DNA of 64,000 nucleotides from an uncultured Burkholderiaceae bacterium (GCA_966212325.1 CBIHRA010000010.1:59544-123543), one strand, 5' to 3'. Counted from the stretch's first letter, positions 33,669 to 43,586 are shown. Notes: generated by a model from the letters alone, not told the origin. Made by a program: numbers and translations.

Positions 33669-34490
33669 ATGAACGAATCGACCTTGACGCACGCCGATTG
33701 CCTGCACCCCGGCTGGAACGTTTCATCGCGTGTGGGCGCGCTCGTGACGACGCGCTCGGGAGGCGTGAGCCGCGCGCCGTACGGGCGTTGGGCGAACGGT
33801 CGCGAAACGGCGGGTGGGATGAACCTCGGACTTCATACCGGCGACGATCCCGCCGACGTCGCCGAGAATCGGGCGCGCCTGCTGGCGCTCGCAGGCGTTC
33901 GCGCCGCCTGGCTCGAGCAAGTCCACGGCGCCGAGGTGGTCGACGCCGGGCAAGCGGCGCACGGCGGCGCCCCCGTACGCGCCGATGCGAGTGTGACGAG
34001 CGAGCCGGGTGTGGCGTGCGTCGTGATGGTGGCCGATTGCCTGCCTGTCTTGCTGTGCGACGGCGAAGGGCGTGCCGTGGGCGCGGCGCATGCAGGCTGG
34101 CGCGGGCTCGTGTCGGGCATCGTCGAGCTGACGGCGCAGCGGGTTGCCGGTCTCGCCGGGCGCTCGCCGCAGACGCTGCACGCCTACCTGGGCCCGGCGA
34201 TCGGGCCGCAGGCTTTCGAGGTGGGAGACGACGTGAAAGAGGCGTTTCTCTCGGCGGCCGAAGCGGCCGAACGCGACGCGACGGCGCGCGCCTTCGTCGC
34301 GCGCGACGGCGCCGCCGGCAAGCATTGGGCGGATTTGTACGCGCTCGCGCGCGTGCGTCTCGCTCGGCTCGGGGTTTCGCGCGTGACGGGCGGCGACTTC
34401 TGCACGGTCACCGACCGCGAGCGCTTTTTCTCGTATCGACGCGATCGGGTGACGGGGCGTATGGCCGCACTGGTCTGGCTGAACGCCTGA
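33669..34490 (+). CDS. pgeF: Peptidoglycan editing factor PgeF (YfiH, DUF152/laccase-like)
   Basis: ..ADCLPVLL.., ..HAGWRG.., ..FFSYRRD motifs and conserved rluD-pgeF order. Confidence 0.9.
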   Translation: MNESTLTHADCLHPGWNVSSRVGALVTTRSGGVSRAPYGRWANGRETAGGMNLGLHTGDDPADVAENRARLLALAGVRAAWLEQVHGAEVVDAGQAAHGGAPVRADASVTSEPGVACVVMVADCLPVLLCDGEGRAVGAAHAGWRGLVSGIVELTAQRVAGLAGRSPQTLHAYLGPAIGPQAFEVGDDVKEAFLSAAEAAERDATARAFVARDGAAGKHWADLYALARVRLARLGVSRVTGGDFCTVTDRERFFSYRRDRVTGRMAALVWLNA

Positions 34491-34690
34491 GCGAACGACT
34501 CGGCGCCGCGCATCCCCGCGCCGCACAAGATCGGCCGTTGCGGAAGGCTTTGCCGGCGTGCGGCGGCGCAACTGCGCAATTGTGTGACATACCGCACATG
34601 CAGATGGGGCGCGGCTTGGGCGTTTTCGATCGACCTCGGGAAAACGATAATAAAAAACCTATCGCGCTGCGGCAAAATCGGTCCCAAGCA

Positions 34691-34719
34691 TTGACATGCC
34701 TTCTGGCGGGGGCAAGAAT
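34691..34719 (+). promoter_or_regulatory. Candidate sigma-70 promoter of phaC (TTGACA-N17-AAGAAT)
   Basis: A perfect -35 hexamer at 34691-34696, a 17-nt spacer, and a -10-like AAGAAT at 34714-34719. An A/T-rich tract lies upstream and the element is about 100 nt before the phaC ATG. Confidence 0.45.
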
Positions 34720-34823
34720 GACCGCTCGCAAGGGTGAGCGCAGCGAGTGTCGCAAGGGTTCGCCCGTGTAGGCTCGGTGCCCGCCCCTCAATCAGTCTTC
34801 CTAGACTCACGGCCAAAGCGGGT

Positions 34824-36785
34824 ATGACTGCATCAAAACGTCGATCGACTTCTTCCGAATCCGAAACTTCCTCGAACGCCGAGCAGCGCGCCGAAACCGG
34901 CCAAGCTCAAATGCAGCGCATGTTCGAGGCTTGGATGGGCGCATGGCGCACCGCCGCCGATCCGGCCAAGTGGCCGTCCGCGGCCCAGGCGGGTCCTATG
35001 GGCGGCATGGCCGCGCAGGCAATGAACGGCCACGCGGGCGCCGCGCCGTTTCCTTTTCCGTTCGCGATGCCCCCCGGCGGCATGCCGGGGATGGCGATGC
35101 CCGGTATGCCCGGCATGACGGGAATCCCGGGCATGCCTTCGATGGCCGACGCTCAGCAAGCCTTCGCCGGCATGAAACTGCCGGTCGCGTCGATTCCGCC
35201 CGAGCGGTTGCATGCGCTGCAGGCGGATTACTCGCGCGACTGTCTCGCGCTGCTGCAGCAGGCGAGTTCCGCAGACAAAACGCCGCCCGATCTGCCCGAT
35301 AGGCGTTTCAGCGCGGAGGCTTGGAAAGCGGCGCCGGCATTCGCTTACATGGCCGCTTGGTATCTGCTCAACGCTCGCTATCTGCAGGCGCTTGCCGATG
35401 CGCTCGATACCGACGCGAAAACACGCGAGCGCATTCGCTTCGCCGTGCAACAGTGGACGGCCGCCGCTTCGCCCAGCAACTTTCTCGCGCTCAATCCCGA
35501 GGCGCAAAAGACATTGCTCGAAAGCCATGGCGAAAGCCTGCGGCAAGGCGTGATGAATTTCCTGGCGGACATGCGGCGCGGCAAGATTTCGCAGAGCGAC
35601 GAATCGCGGTTCGTCGTCGGGAAGAATATCGGCGCGACCGAGGGCTCGATCATCTTCGAAAACGAGCTCTTTCAGCTCATCCAATACAAGCCGCGCACGC
35701 CGACGGTATTCGAGCGGCCCTTGTTGATGGTTCCGCCTTGCATCAACAAGTTCTACATCCTCGACCTTCAGCCCGAGAGCTCGCTGGTCGCACATGCGCT
35801 CGATTGCGGGCATCAGGTTTTCATGATTTCGTGGCGCAACGTGGACGCCTCGCTCGCCGGAAAAACGTGGGACGACTACGTGAACGACGGCGTGCTCGCG
35901 GCGATCGACGTGGTCAAGAGCGTCAGCGGACGCGAGCAGATCAACACGTTCGGCTTTTGCATCGGCGGCACGATGATCGCAACGGCGCTGGCCGTGCTTG
36001 CCGCGCGCGGCGAGCACCCGGCGGCGTCGATGACGCTCATCACCGCCATGCTCGATTTTTGCGATACCGGCGTGCTCGACGTCTTCGTCGACGAGGCGCA
36101 TGTGCGCATGCGGGAGCAGACGATCGGCGGCGCGGCGGGCGCGCCGCCGGGACTCATGCGCGGTGTCGAGTTCGCGAACGCTTTCTCGTTTTTGCGGCCC
36201 AACGATCTAGTATGGAACTACGTCGTCGACAACTATCTCAAAGGCCGCACGCCTGCGCCGTTCGACTTGCTCTACTGGAACAGCGATTCGACGAACTTGC
36301 CGGGCCCGATGTACGTCTGGTATCTGCGCAACACTTACTTGGAGAACCGATTGCGCGAGCCGGGCGCGGTGACCGTATGCGGCGAGCCGCTCGACTTGTC
36401 GCGCATCGATGTGCCGACGTTCATTTACGGCTCGCGCGACGATCACATCGTACCGTGGCGCACGGCCTATGCATCCGCGCCGCTGCTCACGGGACCCCAG
36501 CGTTTCGTGCTCGGGGCCTCGGGGCATATCGCCGGCGTCATCAATCCTCCGGCGAAGGGCAAGCGCAGTTATTGGTCGCACGAAGGCAACGAGAAGGCGC
36601 TGCCCGAGAGCCCGGACGACTGGTTTGAAGGCGCCGTCGAAAAGCCGGGCAGCTGGTGGCCCGATTGGATGGCGTGGCTCGATCAGTACGGCGGCAAGAA
36701 GGTCAAGGCCGGCGCCCAGCAAGGATCGGCCGAATATCCGGTCATCGAGCCCGCGCCGGGGCGTTATGTGCAAGAGCGCGATTGA
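34824..36785 (+). CDS. phaC: Class I poly(3-hydroxyalkanoate) synthase PhaC
   Basis: Colinear with Cupriavidus necator PhaC (lipase-box GFCIGG, PLLMVPPCINKFYILDL, FLRPNDLVWNYVVDNYLKG). The start is at ATG 34824. Confidence 0.95.
   Translation: MTASKRRSTSSESETSSNAEQRAETGQAQMQRMFEAWMGAWRTAADPAKWPSAAQAGPMGGMAAQAMNGHAGAAPFPFPFAMPPGGMPGMAMPGMPGMTGIPGMPSMADAQQAFAGMKLPVASIPPERLHALQADYSRDCLALLQQASSADKTPPDLPDRRFSAEAWKAAPAFAYMAAWYLLNARYLQALADALDTDAKTRERIRFAVQQWTAAASPSNFLALNPEAQKTLLESHGESLRQGVMNFLADMRRGKISQSDESRFVVGKNIGATEGSIIFENELFQLIQYKPRTPTVFERPLLMVPPCINKFYILDLQPESSLVAHALDCGHQVFMISWRNVDASLAGKTWDDYVNDGVLAAIDVVKSVSGREQINTFGFCIGGTMIATALAVLAARGEHPAASMTLITAMLDFCDTGVLDVFVDEAHVRMREQTIGGAAGAPPGLMRGVEFANAFSFLRPNDLVWNYVVDNYLKGRTPAPFDLLYWNSDSTNLPGPMYVWYLRNTYLENRLREPGAVTVCGEPLDLSRIDVPTFIYGSRDDHIVPWRTAYASAPLLTGPQRFVLGASGHIAGVINPPAKGKRSYWSHEGNEKALPESPDDWFEGAVEKPGSWWPDWMAWLDQYGGKKVKAGAQQGSAEYPVIEPAPGRYVQERD
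35067..35144 (+). repeat. In-frame Met-Pro-Gly-rich microrepeat inside phaC (MPPGGMPGMAMPGMPGMTGIPGMPSM)
   Basis: Read from the sequence. There are 8 Met in 26 codons, with imperfect ATGCCSGGN periodicity. Confidence 0.85.
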
Positions 36786-36873
36786 TCGTCCGATCGATTG
36801 GCGAAAGACGCGCTAAGGTTTTTAACTACGATGCGCGGCCTGACATGGCCGCCTCATCCGCAAGGAGTCTCAA

Positions 36874-38055
36874 ATGACTGACGTAGTGATCGTATCGGCG
36901 GCTCGCACCGCGGTCGGCAAGTTCGGCGGCTCGCTCGCGAAGATACCGGCGCCGGAACTCGGCGCAGCGGTCGTTCGCGCGGTGCTCGAGCGCGCGGGCG
37001 TCAAGCCCGAACAAGTGAGCGAAGTCATTCTGGGGCAAGTGCTGACGGCCGGGTCGGGCCAGAATCCGGCGCGTCAGGCGCTGATCAAGGCCGGTCTGCC
37101 GAGTGCGGTGCCGGGCATGACGATCAACAAGGTCTGCGGCTCGGGCCTGAAGGCCGTGATGCTGGCGGCGAACGCGGTGATCTCGGGCGACGCCGATATC
37201 GTCGTCGCCGGCGGTCAAGAGAACATGAGCGCGGCGCCGCACGTGCTGCCGGGATCGCGCGACGGTTTCCGCATGGGCGACGCCAAGCTCGTCGATACGA
37301 TGATCGTCGACGGCCTGTGGGACGTCTATAACCAGTACCACATGGGCGTCACCGCCGAGAACGTTGCGAAGGAGTACGGCATCACGCGCGAAGAGCAGGA
37401 CAAGTTCGCGGCGCTCTCCCAGAACAAGGCGGAGGCTGCGCAAAAGGCGGGGCGTTTCGACGACGAAATCGTGCCCATCGAAATTCCGCAGCGTAAGGGC
37501 GAGCCCCTGCGCTTCGCCACGGACGAGTTCGTCCGTCACGGCGTGACCGCCGAATCGTTGGCCGGGCTGAAGCCCGCGTTTTCGAAGGAAGGCACGGTCA
37601 CGGCGGCCAACGCCTCCGGGCTCAACGATGGCGCGGCGGCTGTGCTCGTGATGTCGGCGAAAAAGGCGGAAGCGCTCGGCTTGACGCCGCTCGCACGCAT
37701 CAAGGCTTACGCGAATGCCGGCGTCGATCCGAAGGTGATGGGCATGGGACCCGTGCCGGCCTCACGCCGCTGCCTCGAACGCGCGGGTTGGTCTGTGGGC
37801 GATCTCGACCTCATGGAAATCAATGAGGCGTTTGCGGCCCAAGCCCTTGCCGTTCACAAGCAAATGGGCTGGGACACCTCGAAAATCAACGTGAACGGCG
37901 GCGCGATCGCCATCGGTCACCCGATCGGCGCCTCGGGCTGCCGGATTCTCGTCACGCTGTTGCATGAAATGCAAAAGCGCGACGCCAAGCGGGGCCTGGC
38001 ATCGCTTTGCATCGGCGGCGGGATGGGCGTTGCGTTGGCGGTCGAGCGCGTTTGA
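36874..38055 (+). CDS. phaA: Acetyl-CoA acetyltransferase (beta-ketothiolase) PhaA
   Basis: Thiolase motifs ([10 protein letters not shown]; [19 protein letters not shown]) within the phaCAB cluster. Confidence 0.96.
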   Translation: MTDVVIVSAARTAVGKFGGSLAKIPAPELGAAVVRAVLERAGVKPEQVSEVILGQVLTAGSGQNPARQALIKAGLPSAVPGMTINKVCGSGLKAVMLAANAVISGDADIVVAGGQENMSAAPHVLPGSRDGFRMGDAKLVDTMIVDGLWDVYNQYHMGVTAENVAKEYGITREEQDKFAALSQNKAEAAQKAGRFDDEIVPIEIPQRKGEPLRFATDEFVRHGVTAESLAGLKPAFSKEGTVTAANASGLNDGAAAVLVMSAKKAEALGLTPLARIKAYANAGVDPKVMGMGPVPASRRCLERAGWSVGDLDLMEINEAFAAQALAVHKQMGWDTSKINVNGGAIAIGHPIGASGCRILVTLLHEMQKRDAKRGLASLCIGGGMGVALAVERV

Positions 38056-38152
38056 CGGGCGCTTAAGAGCCGCCGGCGAGGGCATTGCAGGGCGGTAGAG
38101 ACGAGGGGCGCCGGCAGGCGTCCCCGAAATACACAGGAATGGAGCGTGATTC

Positions 38153-38893
38153 ATGACTCAGCGTATTGCGTACGTAACGGGCGGGATGGGCGGCATCGGC
38201 ACCGGCATTTGCCAGCGCCTGCACAAGCAAGGCTTCAAGGTGATCGCCGGCTGCGGCCCGAACTCGCCGCGTCGCGTCACATGGCTGGAGCAGCAAAAAG
38301 CGCTCGGCTACGATTTCGTCGCGTCGGAAGGCAACGTCGGCGATTGGGAGTCGACCAAGGCCGCGTTCGATAAAGTGAAAGCGGACGTCGGCGAGATCGA
38401 CGTGCTCGTCAACAATGCCGGCATCACGCGCGACGTCGTGTTTCGGAAGATGACGCACGAGGACTGGACGGCGGTCATCGATACGAACCTCACGAGCTTG
38501 TTCAACGTCACGAAGCAAGTCATCGACGGCATGGTGGAGCGCGGGTTTGGCCGCGTCATCAACATTTCGTCCGTGAACGGCCAAAAGGGCCAATTCGGTC
38601 AAACGAACTACTCGACGGCCAAAGCCGGCATTCACGGCTTCACGATGGCGCTCGCGCAGGAAGTGGCGACCAAAGGCGTGACGGTCAATACGGTGTCGCC
38701 CGGCTACATCGGCACGGACATGGTCAAGTCGATCCGCTCCGACGTGCTCGAGAAGATCATCGCGACGATTCCGGTGCGGCGCCTCGGCACTCCCGACGAA
38801 ATCGCGTCGATCGTCGCGTGGCTCGCGTCGGACGAATCCGGTTTTGCGACCGGCGCCGACTTCTCGCTGAACGGTGGCTTGCACATGGGGTGA
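38153..38893 (+). CDS. phaB: NADPH-dependent acetoacetyl-CoA reductase PhaB (SDR)
   Basis: TGGMGGIG Rossmann motif, YSTAKAG catalytic motif, 246 aa. Confidence 0.96.
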   Translation: MTQRIAYVTGGMGGIGTGICQRLHKQGFKVIAGCGPNSPRRVTWLEQQKALGYDFVASEGNVGDWESTKAAFDKVKADVGEIDVLVNNAGITRDVVFRKMTHEDWTAVIDTNLTSLFNVTKQVIDGMVERGFGRVINISSVNGQKGQFGQTNYSTAKAGIHGFTMALAQEVATKGVTVNTVSPGYIGTDMVKSIRSDVLEKIIATIPVRRLGTPDEIASIVAWLASDESGFATGADFSLNGGLHMG

Positions 38894-39039
38894 CGCTTTT
38901 CGCACCGGCTGGCGGCGGGTTGTCGCCGGCGCGAAACGCGTTGAAGTGTAGAAGTTTCGGGGGTCCGGCTCGCTGCGGGAGACGCGGCGGGTTCGAGGGC
39001 GCCGTCATTGCGCTGCGTTGCGTTCATAAAAGGCATTAC

Positions 39040-39609
39040 ATGTCGACTACAAAGAAAACCGCCGAGCGGTTCATCAAAAAGTACCCGAACCGCCGGCTCT
39101 ACGACACGGAGACGAGCACGTACATCACGCTGAGCGACGTGAAGCAGCTCGTGCTCGATCAGGAGGACTTCAAGGTCATCGATGCCAAGACCAACGAAGA
39201 TTTGACGCGCAGCATCTTGCTGCAAATCATTCTCGAAGAGGAAAGCGGCGGCGTGCCCATGTTCTCTTCGTCGATGCTGTCGCAAATTATCCGTTTCTAC
39301 GGTCATGCGATGCAGGGAATGATGGGCACGTATCTGGAAAAGAACATTCAGGCTTTCATCGAGATTCAAAACAAGCTCGCCGAGCAGTCGAAGAATCTCT
39401 ATGAAGGCAATGCGCTCAATCCGGAAGTGTGGTCGCAGTTCATGAACATGCAAGCGCCGATGATGCAAGGCATGATGACGAGCTACATCGAGCAGTCGAA
39501 GAACATGTTCGTGCAGATGCAGGAGCAAATGCAGAATCAAGCCAAGACCATGTTCAGTTCGTTCACGTTCAACAAGCCGGGCGCCGGGCCGGAGCCCGAG
39601 AAGAAGTGA
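39040..39609 (+). CDS. phaR: Polyhydroxyalkanoate synthesis repressor PhaR
   Basis: The KKYPNRRLYDTETSTYITL N-terminus is diagnostic. The start is at ATG 39040 within the longer track ORF. Confidence 0.93.
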   Translation: MSTTKKTAERFIKKYPNRRLYDTETSTYITLSDVKQLVLDQEDFKVIDAKTNEDLTRSILLQIILEEESGGVPMFSSSMLSQIIRFYGHAMQGMMGTYLEKNIQAFIEIQNKLAEQSKNLYEGNALNPEVWSQFMNMQAPMMQGMMTSYIEQSKNMFVQMQEQMQNQAKTMFSSFTFNKPGAGPEPEKK

Positions 39610-39611
39610 TG

Positions 39612-39656
39612 GGCGAAGGGCAGGCGAAGCGGCGTGCGCCGCCTGCCCCCTCGCCG
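39612..39656 (+). terminator. Possible terminator hairpin after phaR
   Basis: GGGCGAAGGGCAGGCG ... CGCCTGCCCCCTCGCC forms an imperfect 15-16-bp stem directly after the stop. There is no T-tract. Confidence 0.4.
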
Positions 39657-40216
39657 CGCGCAAACTGACCTCCAGCTGCCGCGCTACTCTATGCCGCGCG
39701 CGATGGAGCGGTATTCGCCGGCTCCCGCTTCTTCTGCCGCTACGGCCCGCCTCCCGTTTCCCATTTTTCGATCCGCCTCGCTTTTGCGCGCTTGTATGCG
39801 CTGAAGATCGCTTTTCGTTTGCCTGTGAGCGGCGCGAAACGAAGCGGGCGATGCTCGTGGGTAAAAGAGTCGGATTTTTTGCTTGCGCTGACGTTCTTCG
39901 CGCAAAGAAACCGCGTCATCAGTGTCCCGTTCGACGTGGCGCACGAAACGAGGCACGATGGCGAACGGGCGTCGGAGGATGAAATGGACGCGATTCGGTA
40001 TGCCGTCCGGGTGTTCCTCGGCCTGTAACCGATGCTGGGCCGAGCCTCCAAGGGCATCCGTCGGTCGTCACGCGGTTTCTGCAACCGGACTGTCGCTGGG
40101 GCGCGGCAGTATGCCCCTTCCGCACGGTACAATACGCGGTTCTCTCGGGCGGTCGAGCGTCGCGCGTGCATCGCGCAGCAGTCGCCCGTAGTCGTCATTA
40201 CTCGCCGGATCACCTC

Positions 40217-41623
40217 ATGCCGCACACTCCGTCCCCTGCCGCGCCCACGCCGGCCGCGCCTACTCAAGCCGCGCCGAAAGTCGGTTTCGTCTCCCTCGGC
40301 TGCCCCAAGGCGCTCGTCGATTCCGAGCAAATCATCACGCAACTGCGCGCCGAGGGGTACGAGATCTCGGGCACGTACGACGGCGCCGATCTAGTCGTCG
40401 TCAACACCTGCGGCTTCATCGACGAAGCGGTGCAGGAAAGCCTCGACGCCATCGGCGAAGCGCTGACGGAAAACGGCAAGGTGATCGTCACGGGATGCTT
40501 GGGTGCGAAGAAAAGCGCGAGCGGCACGGGGCTCATCGAGGAAGTCCATCCGAAGGTGCTCGCCGTCACGGGCCCGCACGCCGTCGGAGAGGTCATGCAG
40601 GCCGTCCACGGGCATCTCCCGAAACCGCACGACCCGTTCGTCGATCTCGTGCCGGCCGCCGGCATCAAACTCACGCCGCGCCACTACGCGTACCTGAAGA
40701 TCTCCGAAGGCTGCAATCACCGCTGCACTTTCTGCATCATTCCGTCGATGCGGGGCGATCTCGTATCGCGGCCCGTCGCCGAGGTCATGCTCGAAGCGGA
40801 AAATCTGTTCAAGTCCGGCGTGAAAGAGTTGCTCGTGATCTCCCAAGATACAAGCGCCTACGGCGTCGACGTCAAATTCCGGACGGGCTTTTGGAACGGC
40901 CGGCCGCTCAAGACGCGCATGACCGAACTCGTCGGGGCGCTCGGCGAACTCGCCGCGCAGTACGGCGCGTGGGTGCGGTTGCATTATGTGTATCCGTATC
41001 CGCACGTCGACGAGGTCATCCCGATGATGGCCGAAGGCCCGTTCAAGGGCCACGTGCTGCCTTATCTGGACGTGCCGTTCCAGCATGCCGATCCCGAAGT
41101 GCTCAAACGTATGAAGCGCCCCGCCAACGCGGAGCGCACACTCGAGCGCGTGGCGGCCTGGCGTCGCATGTGTCCGGACCTGACGATTCGCAGCACGTTC
41201 ATCGCAGGGTTTCCGGGCGAAACGGAAGCGCAATTCGAAACGCTGCTCGAATTCGTTCGCGCAGCGGAACTCGATCGAGTCGGCTGCTTCGCCTACTCGC
41301 CGGTCGAAGGCGCGACCGCGAACGAACTCGACGGCGCGTTGCCCGACGAAGTGCGCGAGGAGCGTAGAGCGCGCTTCATGGAAGTCGCTGAGGAGGTCTC
41401 GGCGCGACGGATGAAACGTAAAGTCGGCAAAACCTTCAAAGTGCTGATCGACGAAGTCAACGCCGATGGCGGCATTGGCCGAACCGCCGCCGATGCGCCC
41501 GAAATCGACGGTGTCGTTTATGTCGCGCCTGCGACGAAGGCCTCGAAGCGATACAAGGCAGGCGATTTCGTTTCAGTGCGAATCACCGGCGCCGACGGTC
41601 ACGATCTTTGGGGCGAGGTTTGA
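40217..41623 (+). CDS. rimO: Ribosomal protein S12 methylthiotransferase RimO (radical SAM, TRAM)
   Basis: MTTase N-domain ([16 protein letters not shown]), radical-SAM motif CNHRCTFC and a TRAM C-terminus. Confidence 0.93.
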   Translation: MPHTPSPAAPTPAAPTQAAPKVGFVSLGCPKALVDSEQIITQLRAEGYEISGTYDGADLVVVNTCGFIDEAVQESLDAIGEALTENGKVIVTGCLGAKKSASGTGLIEEVHPKVLAVTGPHAVGEVMQAVHGHLPKPHDPFVDLVPAAGIKLTPRHYAYLKISEGCNHRCTFCIIPSMRGDLVSRPVAEVMLEAENLFKSGVKELLVISQDTSAYGVDVKFRTGFWNGRPLKTRMTELVGALGELAAQYGAWVRLHYVYPYPHVDEVIPMMAEGPFKGHVLPYLDVPFQHADPEVLKRMKRPANAERTLERVAAWRRMCPDLTIRSTFIAGFPGETEAQFETLLEFVRAAELDRVGCFAYSPVEGATANELDGALPDEVREERRARFMEVAEEVSARRMKRKVGKTFKVLIDEVNADGGIGRTAADAPEIDGVVYVAPATKASKRYKAGDFVSVRITGADGHDLWGEV

Positions 41624-41709
41624 CCTCGCGGTGGTCATCGGTGCAGTTTTGGAACGCATCGAGTCTCATGGTAAATGGGGGGCGGTCGACGGTGCGGTTG
41701 CTTAGACTG

Positions 41710-42396
41710 ATGCAGCGCATGATGAGAGGGCTATCCGAGATTAGGGTCGTCGAGGCCATTTCGACGGTCGCCGTGTCGTTCGTATTTGCTGTAACGCCCG
41801 CCTCGGCTCAACAAGCGACGCGAGTGGCCGACGCAGTCGCACGACAAGCCGACGACGCGGCCGGTTGGGTCGGGACCCAGCGTACGGATGCGGCCGATCG
41901 GATCGGGACCCAGCGTACGGATGCGGCGGTCTGGGTGGGACAGCGAGCAACGGACGCCGCGGCCTCGATGGGGCAACAGGCGTCTGACGCGGCGGACACC
42001 CTCGCGCAGCAGTCTGCCGACGCCGCCGATGCCGCTGTGCCTCGCACGCCGGCACCGCTCGCGCCCAATCCCGAATTCGCGAAGTTCCCCCGCTATCGAG
42101 GAATGCTCGGCGCGCGCCGGATCGTGCTGCGCCTCGGCCGAAAGACCGACGATCCAACGGGCGTGCGCGGCGAATATCAGTTCGCCGATACCGGCCAAGT
42201 CATACTCGTGGCCGGCGATCGTGAAGGCGACGTTCTCGAAATCGAAGAGTCGAACGACGGTACGGATATCACCGGCAATTGGGTGGGGCGCTTTTCCGCC
42301 GATGGCTCGCTGGCGGGAGAACGCATGAATGTCGACGATTCCGACCCACAACCCTTCGACCTGCATCCGCTTCCAGCCCTTTCATCGACACCGTGA
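41710..42396 (+). CDS. Secreted hypothetical protein with six 11-residue repeats
   Basis: It has a signal peptide ending ..VTPASA/QQ, repeats of the form xxxxxQxxDAA, and a beta-rich C-terminal domain. Its stop lies 2 nt before the metC ATG. Confidence 0.6.
   Translation: MQRMMRGLSEIRVVEAISTVAVSFVFAVTPASAQQATRVADAVARQADDAAGWVGTQRTDAADRIGTQRTDAAVWVGQRATDAAASMGQQASDAADTLAQQSADAADAAVPRTPAPLAPNPEFAKFPRYRGMLGARRIVLRLGRKTDDPTGVRGEYQFADTGQVILVAGDREGDVLEIEESNDGTDITGNWVGRFSADGSLAGERMNVDDSDPQPFDLHPLPALSSTP
41830..42027 (+). repeat. Coding 33-bp-period tandem repeat (6 units; units 2 and 3 nearly identical at DNA level)
   Basis: The units are DAVARQADDAA / GWVGTQRTDAA / DRIGTQRTDAA / VWVGQRATDAA / ASMGQQASDAA / DTLAQQSADAA. 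Confidence 0.85.
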
Positions 42397-42398
42397 CC

Positions 42399-43586
42399 AT
42401 GACCGATTCTTCTTCCGCGCGTATGCGCCAGACCCGTATCGTCCATCCCGAAGTCGAAGTTTCTCCCGGTTTCGGTTCGTTTTCGACGCCCGTCATGCGC
42501 GCATCGACGGTTGTCTTTCCCGACCTGGCCGCCGTTCGCGGCGCCGATTGGCGCAATGACGCTCAATGGCGCTATGGTTTGCACGCGACGCCCACGTCGG
42601 CGACGCTGATGCAGCAACTCGCGCAGATCGAGGGCGGCAAGCACGCGCTGTTGCAGCCGTCGGGGCTTTCCGCCATTTCGAACGTCTACTTCGCGATCGT
42701 CAAAGCCGGCGACGACGTCTTGATTCCCGACAACGTCTATTCGCCGAATCGCGAGCACGGTAACTGGCTTGCTCACGATTTCGGGGTGTCGGTGCGCTTC
42801 TACGATCCGTTGATCGGCGCGGGCATCGCCGACATGATTCGCCCGAATACGCGGCTCATTTGGATCGAAGCGCCCGGTTCGGTGACGATGGAAGTGCCCG
42901 ACGTGCCGGCGATCGCCGCCGCCGCCCGCGCCCATAACGTCGTTACGGCGATCGACAACACGTATTCGGCCGGCCTCGCTTTTCGGCCGCTCGAGCACGG
43001 CGTGGACATTTCGGTGCAGGCGCTGACGAAGTATCAATCCGGCGGCAGCGACCTCCTGATGGGCGCGACGATCACCGCCGACGACGAACTGCACGCCGAA
43101 CTCAAGCGGGCGCGCATGCGCATGGGGATCGGCGTTTCGGTCGACGATTGCTCGCTCGTCCTGCGCAGCCTGCCGAGTATGAAGGCGCGTTTCGACGCGC
43201 ATGACCGCAGCGCCCTCGCACTCGCGCATTGGCTCAAAGCGCGCCCCGAGATTTCGGCGGTGCTGCATCCGGCGTTGCCCGATTGCCCTGGGCATGCTCA
43301 GTTCATGCGCGACTTCACCGGTGCGGGCGGATTGTTTTCGGTGGTATTCAACGAACGGTTCAGCCCGGCGCAGATCGACGCTTTCGTCGAGGCGCTCGAG
43401 CTGTTCGCCATCGGCTGGAGCTGGGGCGGGGCGCATAGCCTTGCCATGCCGTACGACGTGGCGTCCATGCGCAGTGCATCGCAATGGCCTCATCGCGGCA
43501 CCCTCGTGCGGTTCTATGTCGGGCTCGAAGAGGAGCCGGACCTGCGCGCCGACATCGAGCGAGCCATGGCGGCGACGCTCGGCTAA
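42399..43586 (+). CDS. metC: Cystathionine beta-lyase (PLP-dependent, Cys/Met metabolism family)
   Basis: The motif ALTKYQSGGSDLLMG (PLP lysine) and overall colinearity with MetC. Confidence 0.88.
   Translation: MTDSSSARMRQTRIVHPEVEVSPGFGSFSTPVMRASTVVFPDLAAVRGADWRNDAQWRYGLHATPTSATLMQQLAQIEGGKHALLQPSGLSAISNVYFAIVKAGDDVLIPDNVYSPNREHGNWLAHDFGVSVRFYDPLIGAGIADMIRPNTRLIWIEAPGSVTMEVPDVPAIAAAARAHNVVTAIDNTYSAGLAFRPLEHGVDISVQALTKYQSGGSDLLMGATITADDELHAELKRARMRMGIGVSVDDCSLVLRSLPSMKARFDAHDRSALALAHWLKARPEISAVLHPALPDCPGHAQFMRDFTGAGGLFSVVFNERFSPAQIDAFVEALELFAIGWSWGGAHSLAMPYDVASMRSASQWPHRGTLVRFYVGLEEEPDLRADIERAMAATLG

Noticed and set aside
33698-34771. A 357-aa Arg-rich + ORF overlapping pgeF
   Set aside because: It is out of frame relative to pgeF, extremely Arg/Gly/Ala-rich, and has no motifs.
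39740-40342. A 200-aa minus-strand ORF spanning the phaR-rimO gap and the rimO 5' end
   Set aside because: Its 5' third is antisense to the rimO N-terminus. It has no SD and no recognisable family, and only the part inside the gap is discussed as an open question.
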